Shown here one piece after another: positions 50,484-63,681 of a DNA stretch of 64,000 nucleotides. Source of the stretch: Octopus vulgaris (lineage: Eukaryota); NCBI GenBank assembly GCA_951406725.2, contig OX597828.1, forward strand, positions 60,326,001 through 60,390,000, given 5' to 3'. The notes under the pieces are model-generated. The model was not told where the DNA came from and ran no database searches. It saw only the letters and a program-made list of their open reading frames with translations. Both the position numbers and the translations under genes were made by a program. How positions within the stretch are numbered: the first letter of the stretch is position 1; the number at the start of each line of letters is the position of its first letter.

Positions 50484-51436
50484 CCCTTTCGTTACTAACC
50501 CAGCCGTACCCAGCCGAAAAATTTGTTTGGTTCATAATACCAACCCGGCTGAGAGAACCTATTGTTATTTAAATGTAAATTCGAACCCAAATCTCGTTGG
50601 TACATTCGTTAAAACATGTGATTTCACTTTGTAAATAGTTGGCTTATAGTATCCGACATTGCTTGACGTGATATCTCAACTCAGTGAATTTTGGGACATT
50701 TTTTTCGGCATCGATTTTTCTTCAACTTTGAAAATGGATAGGAGTTTCATGTTATCAAGCATTGATTCCGAACTTAAAGCTTTTTCTACGGAAAATAGGG
50801 AGATATCGAGAAAAGGAATGAATGAGGTCCAAAAGCTTCCACAGTGATCGCTCCAAACAAGCATACTGAAAAAAAATAAAGTCTAATGGTTTCACTTCAT
50901 AAGAAAGACTATAGATAGACTCTATCTCCTCAGAAAAATTGCTAATGAAAACATTATTAAAGTTTTTTACTTCATTCCGATGTAAAATCGTCTTTGCTGT
51001 CGCCAACGCCGCTTTGATTCTTCGGAATCCCTGCTTTCATTTTTGGATAAAAAAATATCCTATTCATTATTGTACACCACGTGCTTTTGGACCTCATTCA
51101 TTCTTTTTCTCGATATCTCCCTATTTTCTGTAGAAAAAGCTTTAAGTTCGGAATCAATGCTTGATAACATGAAACTCCTATCCATTTTCAAAGTTGAAGA
51201 AAAATCGATGCCGAAAAAAATGTGGAAAAAAATCTCCCAAAATTCACTGAGTTGAGATATCACATCAAGCAATGTTGGATACTATAAGCCAACTATTTAC
51301 AAAGTGAAATCACATGTTTTAACGAATATACCAACGAGATTTGGGTTCAAATTTACATTTAAATAACAATAGGTTTTCTCAGCCAGGTTGGTATTCTGAA
51401 CCAAAAAATTTTTGGGCTGGGTTAGTAATGAAAGGG
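50484..51436. mobile_element. foldback piggyBac MITE made of two inverted left ends
   Basis: TTAA on both sides; both arms match 41793..42340; ~350-bp inverted arms. Confidence 0.9.
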
Positions 51437-51659
51437 TTAATGCCTTTCACCTTGCTTTGGGATTTACTTCCACCGTATCTTAATATTTCTATTAGATTTC
51501 TCAATATCTCCATCAGCATAAACAATATTCACCTCTCTACCCCTGTCCAATATTGACTCACAATACTATCTCCATTACTCTCCCTCTCACTCCAAACACA
51601 CTAAATCTGCCATACTTTTTTCTCAATTCTTTTACCTTTGCTGGCTTTTCAGCATTGAT

Positions 51660-52820
51660 ACAGATTTAAAATCCCAATCCTAAACAATGTGACAGTTCTT
51701 CCTGAATCAAGTGAGACTCAACAATGACATCAATGAGAAATTTAATGTAAGTGTTGGAATTCATCAAGACTCTTTCCTTCAGAGTTGTTGAGTGGCTGAG
51801 TGGGACAGAGCCATACACATTTCCATTGTGCAACAATACACATTTTAAACAACATTTAGAGCTGACTATGAAAAGACACCATTCCTCTGGTTTGTATTCC
51901 TCAAAGCCGAGTTTATCAAGAAGCCCACTGATATCTCCGCAGTAAACCAGCTCTTCCACTTTTGTGAAGACAGAAAGGAACTCTTTATGCTAACTCAGAT
52001 AAAAGGTTATATGGACACCATTCTCTAGAAGATTCTTCTCTTTCAGCAGTGAAGCCAACAGTTCTGCAGAATTTTTTGGGCGGTTCAATTCACGAACTAG
52101 ATCATTTAGCTCTACCTGGGGGGAATAGCTGAGGTAAAGTCTCAACTGAAAAGTCTTTATCTCTAGTGTCATCTTCAGGCGAGGAACCTTCTTTGGTTGA
52201 GGGTAAAGTTATCTGAAGCAAGACATTGAAGACAGGAACTGAAAGCTCTTCACTGTGTGGAAGATTAGGATAGACAAGCGTTTGTCAATTTTTCCAGTTA
52301 ATACTCTTCAAATTTAGGTTACAAAAAATAACAGTTGTCCATGTGATTATAGGGCTCCCGCCATACCATACTTTTCCTTGTCCATTGTTGCAAATGTCCT
52401 GTACATTGTTTGCAGACACAATGTGGTGCCCAATATTTATCTTGGTCTCTCAGCTTGACCTCAAATATGCCATATACACTCTTTCAACAAAATCAGTGAT
52501 ATTTTTTTCAATTTTCAGGTATGTATATTCTCCATAAACATTACAAAACACATTTGGAGAATTATCACAACACTTTCTTGAAGAGAACATCTTACCCATT
52601 TTCTATTCTATTCATTCTCTATTTTTTATTCCACAAGTATGGAAAAAGAAAAAAACTTAGAATAAGGTAATGAACACTGTGTACTGGATGTACACACATA
52701 CGTAATGACTTACAAACTACAAACTAGATCTGATAGTTCAAAAAGAAGGTTGTATTTGGATTCAGGAGACCGATTTTGTACAAGAATGATGTCTATTTCC
52801 TAAACACCAAAAATATTGTA
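51660..52820 (-). mobile_element. DDE DNA transposon 5' relic (superfamily uncertain, possibly Sola-like)
   Basis: SRKCCDNSPNVFC..DQDKYWAPHCVCKQC..WREP..HMDNCYFC; ELNDLVRELN..KNSAELLASLLKEKNLL; EEWCLFIVSSK..LKCVLLHNGN. Confidence 0.65.
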
Positions 52821-53419
52821 GACCAGTGCTATTCTCATTTCTCCCTCTATCGAAAACCGTTGTGTAATATTGCTTCACTTTTATTCTTTCAATTTTGTGT
52901 GTGTATTTACGTGTTTGATGTATACGAGATACTAAAGGACATTTCAAACCATGATAATGACGTCACATATCTGAGTGTGTGTGTGTGTTTCCACATTAGG
53001 TACGTTATTAAACACACACACATGTACACATACATATATATGTGACAACTGACATGCATGAATGTATGCCTGCATGTGTGTATATCATCACATTTTTTAT
53101 ATGAATGTATATGTGTCTGTGAGTGTGTGTATGTATTTGTGCCCCCGCTACTTACGTTATTAAACACATACATACATCTATACAAACTCTTGACAAAAAG
53201 CAATTACGTGGAAGGTCCAAGTTGTATAAAAATACACATCTACTGTTCCATTGTTCCTAATTATTGCAGCAGTTGCAAGGTATTTACAATTTGCTTCTAT
53301 TTGATTACTTTACATGGCATACAAAAATATAGACATGCTCCCTACATACAACTGCTTACAAAAATAGAGCTTAATGTATATTTTTTTCCATGTACATAAT
53401 TTTTTGTTTAAAATATTGA

Positions 53420-54495
53420 AAAGAAATATACCACCAAAGGAGGAGTACAGAAAACTGAAGGCGAGAGTCTCAAGAGATAAAGGACATGAGACTTTCTCAG
53501 CATCAGCAAAGGCATGCTGCAGCCTGTCAGATGGAGTCTCAACACAGAAGGGACATGTCTCTCTTTCCAAAGATCACCAAATGCATGCTGCAGTACATCT
53601 GATGGAGTCTTAAAAGAGAAGGGAGAGGAGATTTTGTCAACAAAAGCATCCTGCAGCACATCTGATGGAGTCCCAAGACAAGGGAGATGAGACTTTCCCA
53701 AGATCAGCAAAAGCATGCTGCAGCATTTAATACTGAATCATTAAAACAACGTTTAGTATGGCAGATTACACAGAGGTCCAAACCAGACCACGTACAAATT
53801 CATTCTTCACAACACCGGAAGTTGCTTTCAGATATGATCCATCCCATTCTTATAAAAAATGATAATTCTGTCCAAATTAGTGTGCTAAACTCCACATAAA
53901 TGTTTTGTTGTCAATGCTGCACTTTCCTGTATTACTTGTTTCAACATGATTGTGGCCGTTGCCAGCGCTGCCCCGACCGGCCTCCGTGCCGATGACACGT
54001 AAAAAGCACCATCTGTTCGTGGCCGTTGCCAGCCTCGCCTGGCCCCCGTGCCGGTGGCACGTAAAAAGCATCATCCGTTTGTGGCCGTTGCCAGCGCCGC
54101 CCCGACTGGCCTCCGTGCCGGTGGCACGTAAAAGCACCATCCGTTCGTGTCTGTTGCCAGCCTCGCCTGGTCCCCGTGCCGGTGGCACGTAAAAGCACCA
54201 TCCGTTCGTGGCCGTTTGCCAGCTCCGTCTGGCACCTGTGTGGGTGGCACGTAAAAAGCACCCACTACACTTGCGGAGTGGTTGGCGTTAGGAAGGGCAT
54301 CCAGCCGTAGAAACACTGCCAGATCAGACTGGGCCTGATGCAGCCTTCTGGCTTCACAGACCCCAGTTGAACCGTCCAACCCATGCTAGCATGGAAAACG
54401 GACGCTAAATGATGATGATGATGATGATGATATATATATATATATATACAAACTATACCATTTTAATCCTGAGCAACACTAGGTATCTTTGCTAG
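53420..54495 (+). mobile_element. internally deleted Helitron: Rep/helicase N-terminal repeats plus 3' end; 5' boundary not resolved
   Basis: ~69-nt (23-codon) repeats ES..R..RLS.DQQ.HAA; AFRYDPS..Y...VQI motif; cctgagcaacactagg hairpin + CTAG|T at 54492..54495. Confidence 0.65.
53945..54430 (+). mobile_element. non-autonomous RTE 3' derivative with ~60-bp repeats
   Basis: Closely matches 37430..37740; (GAT)n tail. Confidence 0.85.
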
Positions 54496-54669
54496 TACTG
54501 AATAAAAGTGATACTTAGTAGGTAGTAGAACCACAACATCACTACTACTAGCCACACAATATATGTGTTGGTGTGTTGGGGTGGGTATCTGCATGCAAGT
54601 ATAGGTAGGCATATTAATACCCATTTTTTTCTTTCAGGGGCTTAATATCAGTCTATTTTCCATAATCAA

Positions 54670-54758
54670 TATATGGAGAAAGATACTTTGAAAGTCAAGT
54701 TGCAGGAATAAGAATAGGATGGAGAAAGTTCAGAGAGCTGTTATCTTTTGTTGGTAAC

Positions 54759-54807
<49 letters not shown>

Positions 54808-55090
54808 AGTGAAAAGCAGATTGCAATGCTACATAGTAATAAAACTTGGGCTGTCAATGCTGAGGATGTGAAGAAAAGAAAGAAATGAAGCTAGCATGCT
54901 CTGATGGACATACAATATCATTGTACATGTATGGCATAGTAGAAACTTGTGAAAATAAAGATTGCTCTTTAGAGGCATCTGATGTGTTATAGAGAGAAGA
55001 CTACACTGGTGTGGTCATGTGATGTGGATGGATGAGAACATAGAAACCATGGGATGAAATAGTGAAGATGATAGAGGTCCAAGACGAATG
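54670..55090 (+). mobile_element. old RTE 3' fragment with internal (CT)n expansion
   Basis: aagaataggatggagaaagttcagagagctg...agagaagactacactggtgtggtcatgtg; (CT)n at 54763..54805. Confidence 0.7.
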
Positions 55091-55888
55091 ATGATAGTGA
55101 TGTCTAGTTTTAGACATAATTCAGAATCATAATATTTTCATGTATAACATGAAAGAACTATAATTACTTACACCAAACTGTTAGTTCCTCTCAGTAGCTT
55201 AAACTGAATGTTTAAGTACAATGTATTCTCTATTTGGCATCCATCTGTATTGAGACAATTGAGTTTTGCACTGCTAATTAGGATTTGAGCTGCAATCCAA
55301 TATGGGAGGGCAACCACTTTCCAAACTGTTACTGCTGCCTTTCACGGTGTCACTGAACTTACCTCTACAGAGTGCAAGCCTGGACTGGGTGTATAGAAAT
55401 TTTGGATTCTGCAAACACCAGAATTGTCCTCTTAGTCACACTGGTGTTGTCAAGAGGCAGAGCAGTACATTTGACATCAGTTTGATAGCAGGAATTGCCA
55501 GACAAGTGAAAACACAAAACTACCTTAGGAACTCTACTCTGGATTTATTATAAGGTTTACACTTTAACCATTGTTTCTTTAAGTAATGATGCTTTTTAGT
55601 CTTAGCTAGAAATTTGAAACCTTGCACAACTGGGATTCATGTCAGGGTCGCACTTTCTTGATGGTAGGATTTTGGGCATTCGAGACATCTACAGTAACTT
55701 GTCAAGGGCTGAAAAAGATCTCTTTGTGATGCAAAACCCTACCATCATTTAGGCTGATTAACAAACTCTTTAGCTTGACCCAATAAGTCACTTGATGTTG
55801 AAATGGAGATTTTGATTCAATGTTCTAAGTATTCCTGCTGTTGATTTGTTTTTACTAATACATGGGAATTTTTACTTGTATTTTACAG

Positions 55889-56003
55889 TACTCTGGTGTT
55901 GCAGATTTAGAGAAAGTATCAACACAGCAACAACAACAGTTAGCAAAGAAAAGACTTGTCCAAATTATTGGATACCGTTACCAAGAATTACAAAATTTTT
56001 CTT
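55889..56003 (+). CDS. NUP205: NUP205 coding exon followed by U12-type donor
   Basis: tacag|..|gtatcctttg; YSGVADLEKVSTQQQQQLAKKRLVQIIGYRYQELQNFS (cf. DKISTAQKYVLARRRLVKVINNR). Confidence 0.92.
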
Positions 56004-56012
56004 GTATCCTTT
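56004..56012 (+). promoter_or_regulatory. U12 (minor spliceosome) 5' splice site GTATCCTTT; intron 56004..60891
   Basis: Exact U12 donor consensus at the junction that keeps the frame (..NFS-Y-IIENC..). Confidence 0.85.
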
Positions 56013-56769
56013 GTTTAGCTATTTTATTTATTTGAAGATTTTTAAATATTTTACAGACTTCTGAAAATGCGAAGCCAGTTTTACTCTGTGAACCATTAAG
56101 ATAGAACTAGTAGGTGGAAGGGATTGTTGGCACTTTTATTCTGACTTTAACCATGACATGTGACATATTTCTCCTTGTAGTGCATAGCAAGATAAGCTAT
56201 CTTATGTATAGAGCAGACTTGAATAGCTTTTCAAATAAAGACATTTCATAGATAAGTATTTATAAATAATTTAGGTGTTGTAAAAATATTTTTGTTTAAT
56301 TCTCAATAATATTTAACATTTCATAAAATCTGAATATTAATAAAATGTGATGAAAATAACAAATAAACAGTAAATTAAATATAAAAGGAACTATAAAATT
56401 TGATTATACATAAAAAAGAGCTTTGTCAAATTTTGAATACAAAATACATGAAATCATGATATCACGCCATATTTAGAATGAGCTGTACACATGTAGCGAG
56501 TGCTTCAGCCAATAATTGGCTCATATCACTTCTCATATTTTGAGTAATTTTTGCAAGTTCTTTTCCATGTGATGCTACTTTTGTCTCCAACTTTATCTAC
56601 AACTTTGTCTTCCTTCTTACTGCTTAGTGTTTTTCAATAATATCAATTTCCACTCTCACTCCTTAATGTGTGTATAATGTTGCTGCTACCACCTACAGTT
56701 GCTTTCAGAGTAAGAGAAGGAGGGAACTGCTCAGGGTTTATAATTGTTATATGATGATATATATCCTCT

Positions 56770-57440
56770 GAATGGACAGAGATTTAGAGACATATTACTT
56801 GAAGCTTTTGACAAAAAAGAGGAGGACATAGCATCACACAATGTGGAGGACAACTGGAGATTCCTATGGAAGAACCTGTTGAGGGCTACTGACCAGATCT
56901 GTGGCTGGTGCTAAGTCCCCTCTCGACCCAAGGTGACATGGTGGTGGAACAATGTAGTTGACAGGACCATTAGGGAAAAGAAACAGGCATGAAAGGACTG
57001 GAAGTGTGGTGGTAGCAAGGAACTGTATCAGATAGCCAGAAGGGAGCTAGGAGACAGGCTTACTTAGCCAGAGGGAAAGCAGATAAGAAGAAATTTGCCA
57101 ATGTTCTGTGTCATGAGGATCATAGACTTGAAGTGTTTTGGATTGCAAAACAGTGTGTGAGAGAAATGTGCCCGCATGGATGATGGTTCACTTGCATTTA
57201 ATGATGCAGCAAAGAGAGAGAGTTGGAGATGCCATTATGAAAGGTTGCTTAATGAAAGGAAGAAAGAGAATCTGCCAAATGTCTGCCCAACAGAGAGACC
57301 AGCTGTTCAAATTGACAATACTTTGGTAGATAAAGCAATTAAGAGTATGTATAAAGAGAAAGCCCTCGGCTCATCTGGAATCACTAAGATGCTGAAAATA
57401 TTTGGCGGTGCAGGCTGTAGTTTAGTCACCCATATAGTTA
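56770..57440 (+). mobile_element. RTE ORF fragment (post-endonuclease region)
   Basis: RPKVTWWWNNVVDRTIREKKQA, AAKRESWRCHYERLLN, VDKAIKSM..KALGSSGI. Confidence 0.8.
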
Positions 57441-59199
57441 GGCTTTCAGCTAACAATAATGTCTTCGTTGAAAGTGAAGAACATCATGCCACCTTGGTTA
57501 GAGTTGAGTACGCTTAAAAGATCCAGTATATTCCTGTAATACACCTAAGAAAGGCAGAGATAGCAGTACTTGTGGTAATAATCAGATTGTAAATAAAAGG
57601 ATTAATGGCAAGAAAAATAACAGAATTAGTGAGTAATCAGTAATTTCTCAATCAAAAGGTTTCATCAATGAAATAACTGTAAACACTTTGGTATATTTCA
57701 GGAAAATCTACTAACAGTAACACAGAGGCACTGGTGTAAAGACTGAGCGTAAATATAAGGAGCTTGCTCTGGGAATAATAGCAACCCTTTATTCAACAAC
57801 CTGCATACAAATATACATAGTTGTAAATGTAATCACATCAGTTATGGTAACAAATTCTGGAAAAATATAATGCAAAATAGGAATATTATCTGGTATAATG
57901 CTTAATTTGGAATTCATGTTTCTTCAAATATTTCTGGAATGCTCTTTTAGGCTTTACATAAAAATTTTCTCCTATCTAGCAGGTATAGTAAGATATTTAA
58001 CAGACATACTGTAAAACTTGCTTACTCCACTACGCTTAATTTAGCAAATATTATAGTGGCTAAAAACATTAGAAAATTGGGCCTCCAGAATGAAAGAATG
58101 TAGAGTATTGATTCTGAACTTATTGATACATCAAATTCCACTTCTTTCATGTCAGGCTAATGGGGTGTAGGGTAATTGTATCTCAACAAATTACAAAGTG
58201 GATAAGATTATCATAAATAAGATATTATGTAACTCTATAACTGATGGTTTGTAATTGTCAGAATGTGAGTAAATGCCCCCTAGATAACCGATGTCCAAGA
58301 AATTATAATTTACTTTCTCAGAACACCTGAGTGTGTGTATTACTACATATTTATGACCAGATTATATAATCACAATCACACTTTTAAATACAAAAGGGAA
58401 GAACATAGGATACTTTATTTCATGCTCTATAATAGGGGTGCCAAAAGATGGTGCAATTTGTATTTGGAGAAGACATTTGAACCACTAAAATGTAATTACA
58501 ACTTGATTAACAAACATAATTATTGACTCATTGTTCTCATTTATTTACTAAAACATTCTTAAAATTTCCACATTAATATTTCCACACCTAGGTCCCACTT
58601 AACATAGTAAGAAAGAAAAATCTTTATATATGGTATGTTATTAAGGAATCTTCATCTAGCTGTTCAAAAGAATTCCATCTGACCCATTCAAGCATAAAAA
58701 AAGTAGATGTTAAACAGTGATGATGATGGCATATATATATATATATATACACACACACATGTACATACATTAATACATGTGTAAGTACCACATAGCATAT
58801 AATTTTAAAGGTGTGACTGTGTGGTTAAGAAGTAGCTTTCCAAACTACCTGGTTTCATGTTCAGTCACACTGCCTGGCACCTTAGTCAAGTGTCTTTTAC
58901 TAATGACCAACCAATCTGGTAGAAAAGAAACCTATCATATATGTATACAAACATGTCTCGTTTTCTTGACATCACTTGGGAGGTGAAAATGAGCCAGTGT
59001 CATACAAGCAGTGTCACTTGTTTCCAATCTTCCATGAAAACCTGTCCAGCCAATGGGAAATATTGCCTTGCTTGGAAACAACTGAAGGCCGGTGATAGGC
59101 AGGGCCTCTGGCTGCAGAAAATCCACATCACTGAATTCCAGCTGACTAAAAATAAATGCTAAAATATAATTATGGTGTGTGTGTGTGTATATATATATA

Positions 59200-60552
59200 C
59201 ACCTTAAAAACCTATGTAATTTATGCACTTTTTTCGCCCCCCAAAAAAAGCTTTAGGGGACACGTAAATTACATGGGTAGATCATTCCCAGAATTTTTTA
59301 GAATTTTGTTGAAAAAAGATTTACAAAACGTAAACATTCGTACCGGAAGTTGACGGATTTAATGGGCTTAAGTATAAGGAAGTTATACTGGACGGTATAA
59401 TGCTTACTTTTTCTGTATAAATTTACTAAAACCATTAAATGTTTAACTACTTTTTGAAGTCTGACATACATGCTAGTAATCACGGTTTGGGCCATATTTT
59501 ACCCAGTTGAATAAAATGTCATCTAAGCTGATGTTTATTGTTAATTAAACTTAATTTGCAACACCTGTGCATATTTATCAGCTTTGTTTTTGTTGATATG
59601 TTGTTTGAGAAGACATACAGCAGTATGCAAAAAGATTGGACATAATCTCTTGTGGGCAAGAAATGTAAAATAAAGTTTATTATAAACAAGATTATCCACC
59701 ATCCTTCCAACAACAACCTTGGGCACCTTTTCGAATTCCATATGACAAACACTTGCAGACATACTTATAAAATCAAAAAACAACACACCACTCATGACTT
59801 TCAGAAACATTTTCTCACACTCAGAATTGCTGAAGCATGGAATAAACTACCTGCATTAGTTGTTAGCTGTCAAGACACTATATCCTTCAAAACTTCCATG
59901 TTTCCTGAAATCTTCCAACATTACACCTGATGGCTTTTTTTTCTTTTAGTTGTAGTACACCTGAGCACTGTAAACAACAATTTCCTACATTATACATGCT
60001 CGCAATTTGTAAAATAATACTCTGGCTATTTCTGGTTACGTGGAGGCACACAAACACACAGTCTCATACATGAGTGTGCACACACACACAATCAGTGTCA
60101 CATTTTTCATTTAATTTTATTATTGGAATGCTAACGTCGAGAGAGGAAGAGGTTATATGGAGTGGCTAAAGCTGACTGCCATTGTCAGTCTTATAAGAGA
60201 GTAGGAGGAGGAGAGTATACCAAGCGGGTAAATCAAACTGACATGTGTCAGTCCCACAAAACTAATTTTATTTATATAGAAGAAAATACAATCACTTTGT
60301 AATTTAATAGCTTTTAATGTTAAACAGAAATTATTTTTATTTAATGAAAATTTAATAAAATCTAATCATAAGTAAGTGAAATTATCCTAAATACAACTAA
60401 ATTGAAAACCTTTTTCCCCTGGCCATATTGGCAATTCTGAAAACTTTTGGGTGCAAATTTTACATGAGTAGAAGCTTTTTCTAACAATTTTTATCTTGAA
60501 AATCACCTGTGTAAATTATACAGGTGCACAATTTACATGGGTTTTTACAGTG
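59200..60552. mobile_element. non-autonomous Tc1/pogo-like DNA element with a nested LINE 3' end
   Basis: Imperfect TIRs caccttaaaaacctatgtaatttatgcac / gtgcacaatttacatgggtttttacagtg. Confidence 0.7.
59670..59990 (+). mobile_element. CR1/L2-group LINE 3' end
   Basis: HTYKIKKQH..FQKHFLTLRIAEAWNKLPALVV...SFK C-terminal motif. Confidence 0.7.
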
Positions 60553-60891
60553 TGTGTATATATATATATATATATATGTATACTGATCATGGTGAGATTG
60601 TATATGACAGAGATTTATATTTATGTAATGTAAGTAGTGAATTTATTTAATTTACAAATGCAGTATTAGCTCAAAGCTTTGGGCATATTCCATAATATAT
60701 GCATATAACTTGTGCTCAGTAGAGTGCCTTAGTGTCATAGGAACTTGTTCATGATAGCTTAATTCTATGGAATTAAATCTAAATTGTCTAAGATTATGAT
60801 TTTAAAACACACCACCCTTGTTATCCTGATCAGTTTAACATTGATTTCTCTTTCATTTAAAAGAAAAATATGTAATTGACCTTATCTTTAG

Positions 60892-61020
60892 ATATCATTG
60901 AAAACTGCTTGTTCATATTATGGCGTCACTTAGAGTATTATTTACTACATTGTGTCCCACTTGATCAACAACCAAGTTTGTACCAAACTCAGCATAGGGA
61001 ACAGTCTAGGCAATTCAGTG
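60892..61020 (+). CDS. NUP205: NUP205 coding exon
   Basis: tttag|..|gtaagt; IIENCLFILWRHLEYYLLHC, near-identical to recalled vertebrate IIETCLFILWRHLEYYLLHC. Confidence 0.95.
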
Positions 61021-61116
61021 GTAAGTAACAATCCATATATTCTGAACTGTTTAAATTGCATTTTTACTGATTTGAATTGCTACCTATTCTCATGATATAT
61101 ATTTTCTTATTTTTAG

Positions 61117-61274
61117 ATATGACATTCTCAGTTTCCCATAAAGACTTTGATCCAAATTCTGGAAGTCATGACTTTATAGCTAGTGTGACATGTGAAGAAC
61201 TTGATGCCCTAAAATGTAATGCCCCAGCTATTATAGGAGATACTCTAATGAAAAAAATTCTGGAAATAAACCAA
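61117..61274 (+). CDS. NUP205: NUP205 coding exon
   Basis: tttag|..|gtaaga; VTCEELDALKCNAPAIIGDTLMKKILEINQ (cf. VSQHDLDQLQADAINAFGESLQKKLLDIE). Confidence 0.92.
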
Positions 61275-63551
61275 GTAAGAGCATTTCAAAATGTATCCAA
61301 CTACCATTATTTTACTTTTAGTGATATGTCTTTGTTTTGTTTCATAGCTGAGGGATTGCCTTTGAGAATACACACCTTTAAACAATTCTTTTGCAAATGT
61401 TTAAATTTTTCAAAATATTTAATCCACATTTAAACAAAAAAAGCATCCTATTCTGTAGTATATCTTTAGTCAGTATAAACTGGTTCAGGCTACAGTCCTT
61501 GTAGAAGCTTGATAAATAGAAACTAATATGTATAATAGCTTTCAATTGGAGAATGTTTCTGAAGTTTCTGTTTATAAAAGTCACGTGTGGACAAAAGGTG
61601 GTGATGTGTAAATCATACCTAAATTAGAGAGGAGCGAAATGGAATATTTTCTGCATAAGAGTGTTTATATAGAGTGCAGTGACAAAGAAAGCTATTTGTG
61701 TTTAGAAGAGAGCATAACCAAATTCTGACAAGAAATTTGAGAGAACATAGGTTAGAAGATTTGATCAGTACAAGCTATGATATGGCTCTGTAAGAGACTG
61801 TTTGTCCAAGAAATAGAGAATAAATGGGTGCATTTTGGGGGAAGGTTCTTATGCTGAAATGAGTGAAGGGTTTTTTCAATGCCAAATGTTACAACATTGC
61901 TTTTATTGAATTAATCAACAGACTATTGAGTTTGATATATAATTATAGGTTTTTGTAGATCTGCTTGTATGGGTGGTGTACTGGTTTGTTACAGAGATGG
62001 AAAGGAATTCTACATAATAAAAAGTGGTTGTTTATCATTTTTCATCACTTTTAAAGTGAGAATAATAATCCAGTCATTGGCAAGATCAAAAAGGTTACTC
62101 TTTTTGAGAATGGTACATGTTGTCAAATATTTAATTATCAAAGGAGAAAAGTTGAGAGTTGAGTTGATACATGCCAGCATAGTAGTGAAAGCAGGTGCAG
62201 CTTAGAATTCATTGCCTTGAGATGAAGTAACTTCAGAAGTTTCTACACTTACTCATGCATTGACACACTGGTGACTCAAGTATGAGGTAGTGTGTGTGTG
62301 TAGTGAGAATAGAAGCAAATTTAGTGGCTTTGTCTACAAATGTCAGTAATATGGCTGAGGGGAAATACTTTGAAGGAGCAACCTGTGTACTAAACATAAT
62401 ATGGTAGTCTTGAAAAACTTTGATCAACTGAAATTATGTAAGCAATTAGTTGATAAAACTGATTCTATTCAATTATACGTAAACACGAGAGAGAGAAAGA
62501 GGTAGGGAATGCAGTGACACTGAGCTATGTAGCTAAGAAAAAATACCTCAAGGATGCATTCTGCATATTACATACTAATACAATAGGGTTTCACATGTGT
62601 AATATGTTTTAATATAGATGATATTCTTGATTGGCATCATTACATTCCTTCTGTTTCTTGATCACTTTTTAGCCTTGCCAGCTAAATAGAAAATGGTTCA
62701 CTGGGAATGTTTAATAAAACTGAAACCTGTTTGTTGCTTTAAACTAACTATACTGTTCCCATATTCTAGTCAATTGATCACATTGAAGGTGTCTCACTTC
62801 CTTGTTTAGATTTTAAACACTCCTAGGAGGTTTTTTTTTTTGTTTTTTTTTTAAAAATCTGTGAGTGTATTACTTTCAGTGGTAAAAGGAGTGTGTAATA
62901 GAAGATATTAATAGAGGAATAGAAAATAAAATGCTTGACTGCTGTTTAGGAAATAAGAAAAATTATGAACATGAACTTAAGTCTCCCAGTTTATGATGAA
63001 ATGGTTGTATGACCTTGAAACAGATGCAGCTATCAAGGAGTTATTGTTAACTAAAATAGGAGGCCTGTCAGGTATTGAAAGTATCGAGATCATATTGTTA
63101 GTTACTTACTCAGTTAAACAACAAGTGAAACAAAGTGCTATTCCAATGGCTAATGTAACAGTATCATAGTTTGTTGTTGTCCATACAGCTATAGTACATG
63201 AATATGTGAGCCACCTGGGATGTTCACAGAAAGTGATAGAAAAAGACTAATCAAGAAAGAAGTTGAACATGTCTAGTTATATATATCAGAATACACAAAT
63301 TATGTTGTATTGGCTTTGTTATCTACTTGCAAGTAAAAATTACAGTTCTACGGTTGTTAATCCTGTTCTTTCTTCTTTAACTTGGAATTTTGGCTCTAAA
63401 ATACTTGAGTAAATCTTTATACAGACTTTAACAATTCATGTGGTGTGTTGTATATTCTATAATTTAAAAAAATTTCCCACTAACATTTAAAGTCTCTTCT
63501 GATTTTTCTCTGAGAAATTGTAAATAGATCTGCAATGTATTTATTTTTCAG

Positions 63552-63644
63552 TGTTTTGGTAAAGCTCGAAGTCATTACAGTTTCGTTGGAGCAGTTGTTC
63601 GTCGAATCCGTCGATTGCTTAGACTCCATACATCAGATACTTGA
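63552..63644 (+). CDS. NUP205: NUP205 last coding exon with TGA stop
   Basis: ttcag|; CFGKARSHYSFVGAVVRRIRRLLRLHTSDT* (cf. YSKVRSRYSFIQALVRRIRGLLRISRN*). Confidence 0.94.
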   Translation, partial: CFGKARSHYSFVGAVVRRIRRLLRLHTSDT

Positions 63645-63675
63645 TATTTTTATACTAATGAATATAATATTTGTG

Positions 63676-63681
63676 AATAAA
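63676..63681 (+). promoter_or_regulatory. candidate polyadenylation signal AATAAA of NUP205
   Basis: AATAAA 32 nt after the stop codon, followed by T-rich downstream sequence. Confidence 0.6.

Noticed and set aside
61600-63500. Possible extra exon or nested gene in the last intron
   Set aside because: Flanking exons already join in frame and match NUP205; only short AT-rich ORFs are present.
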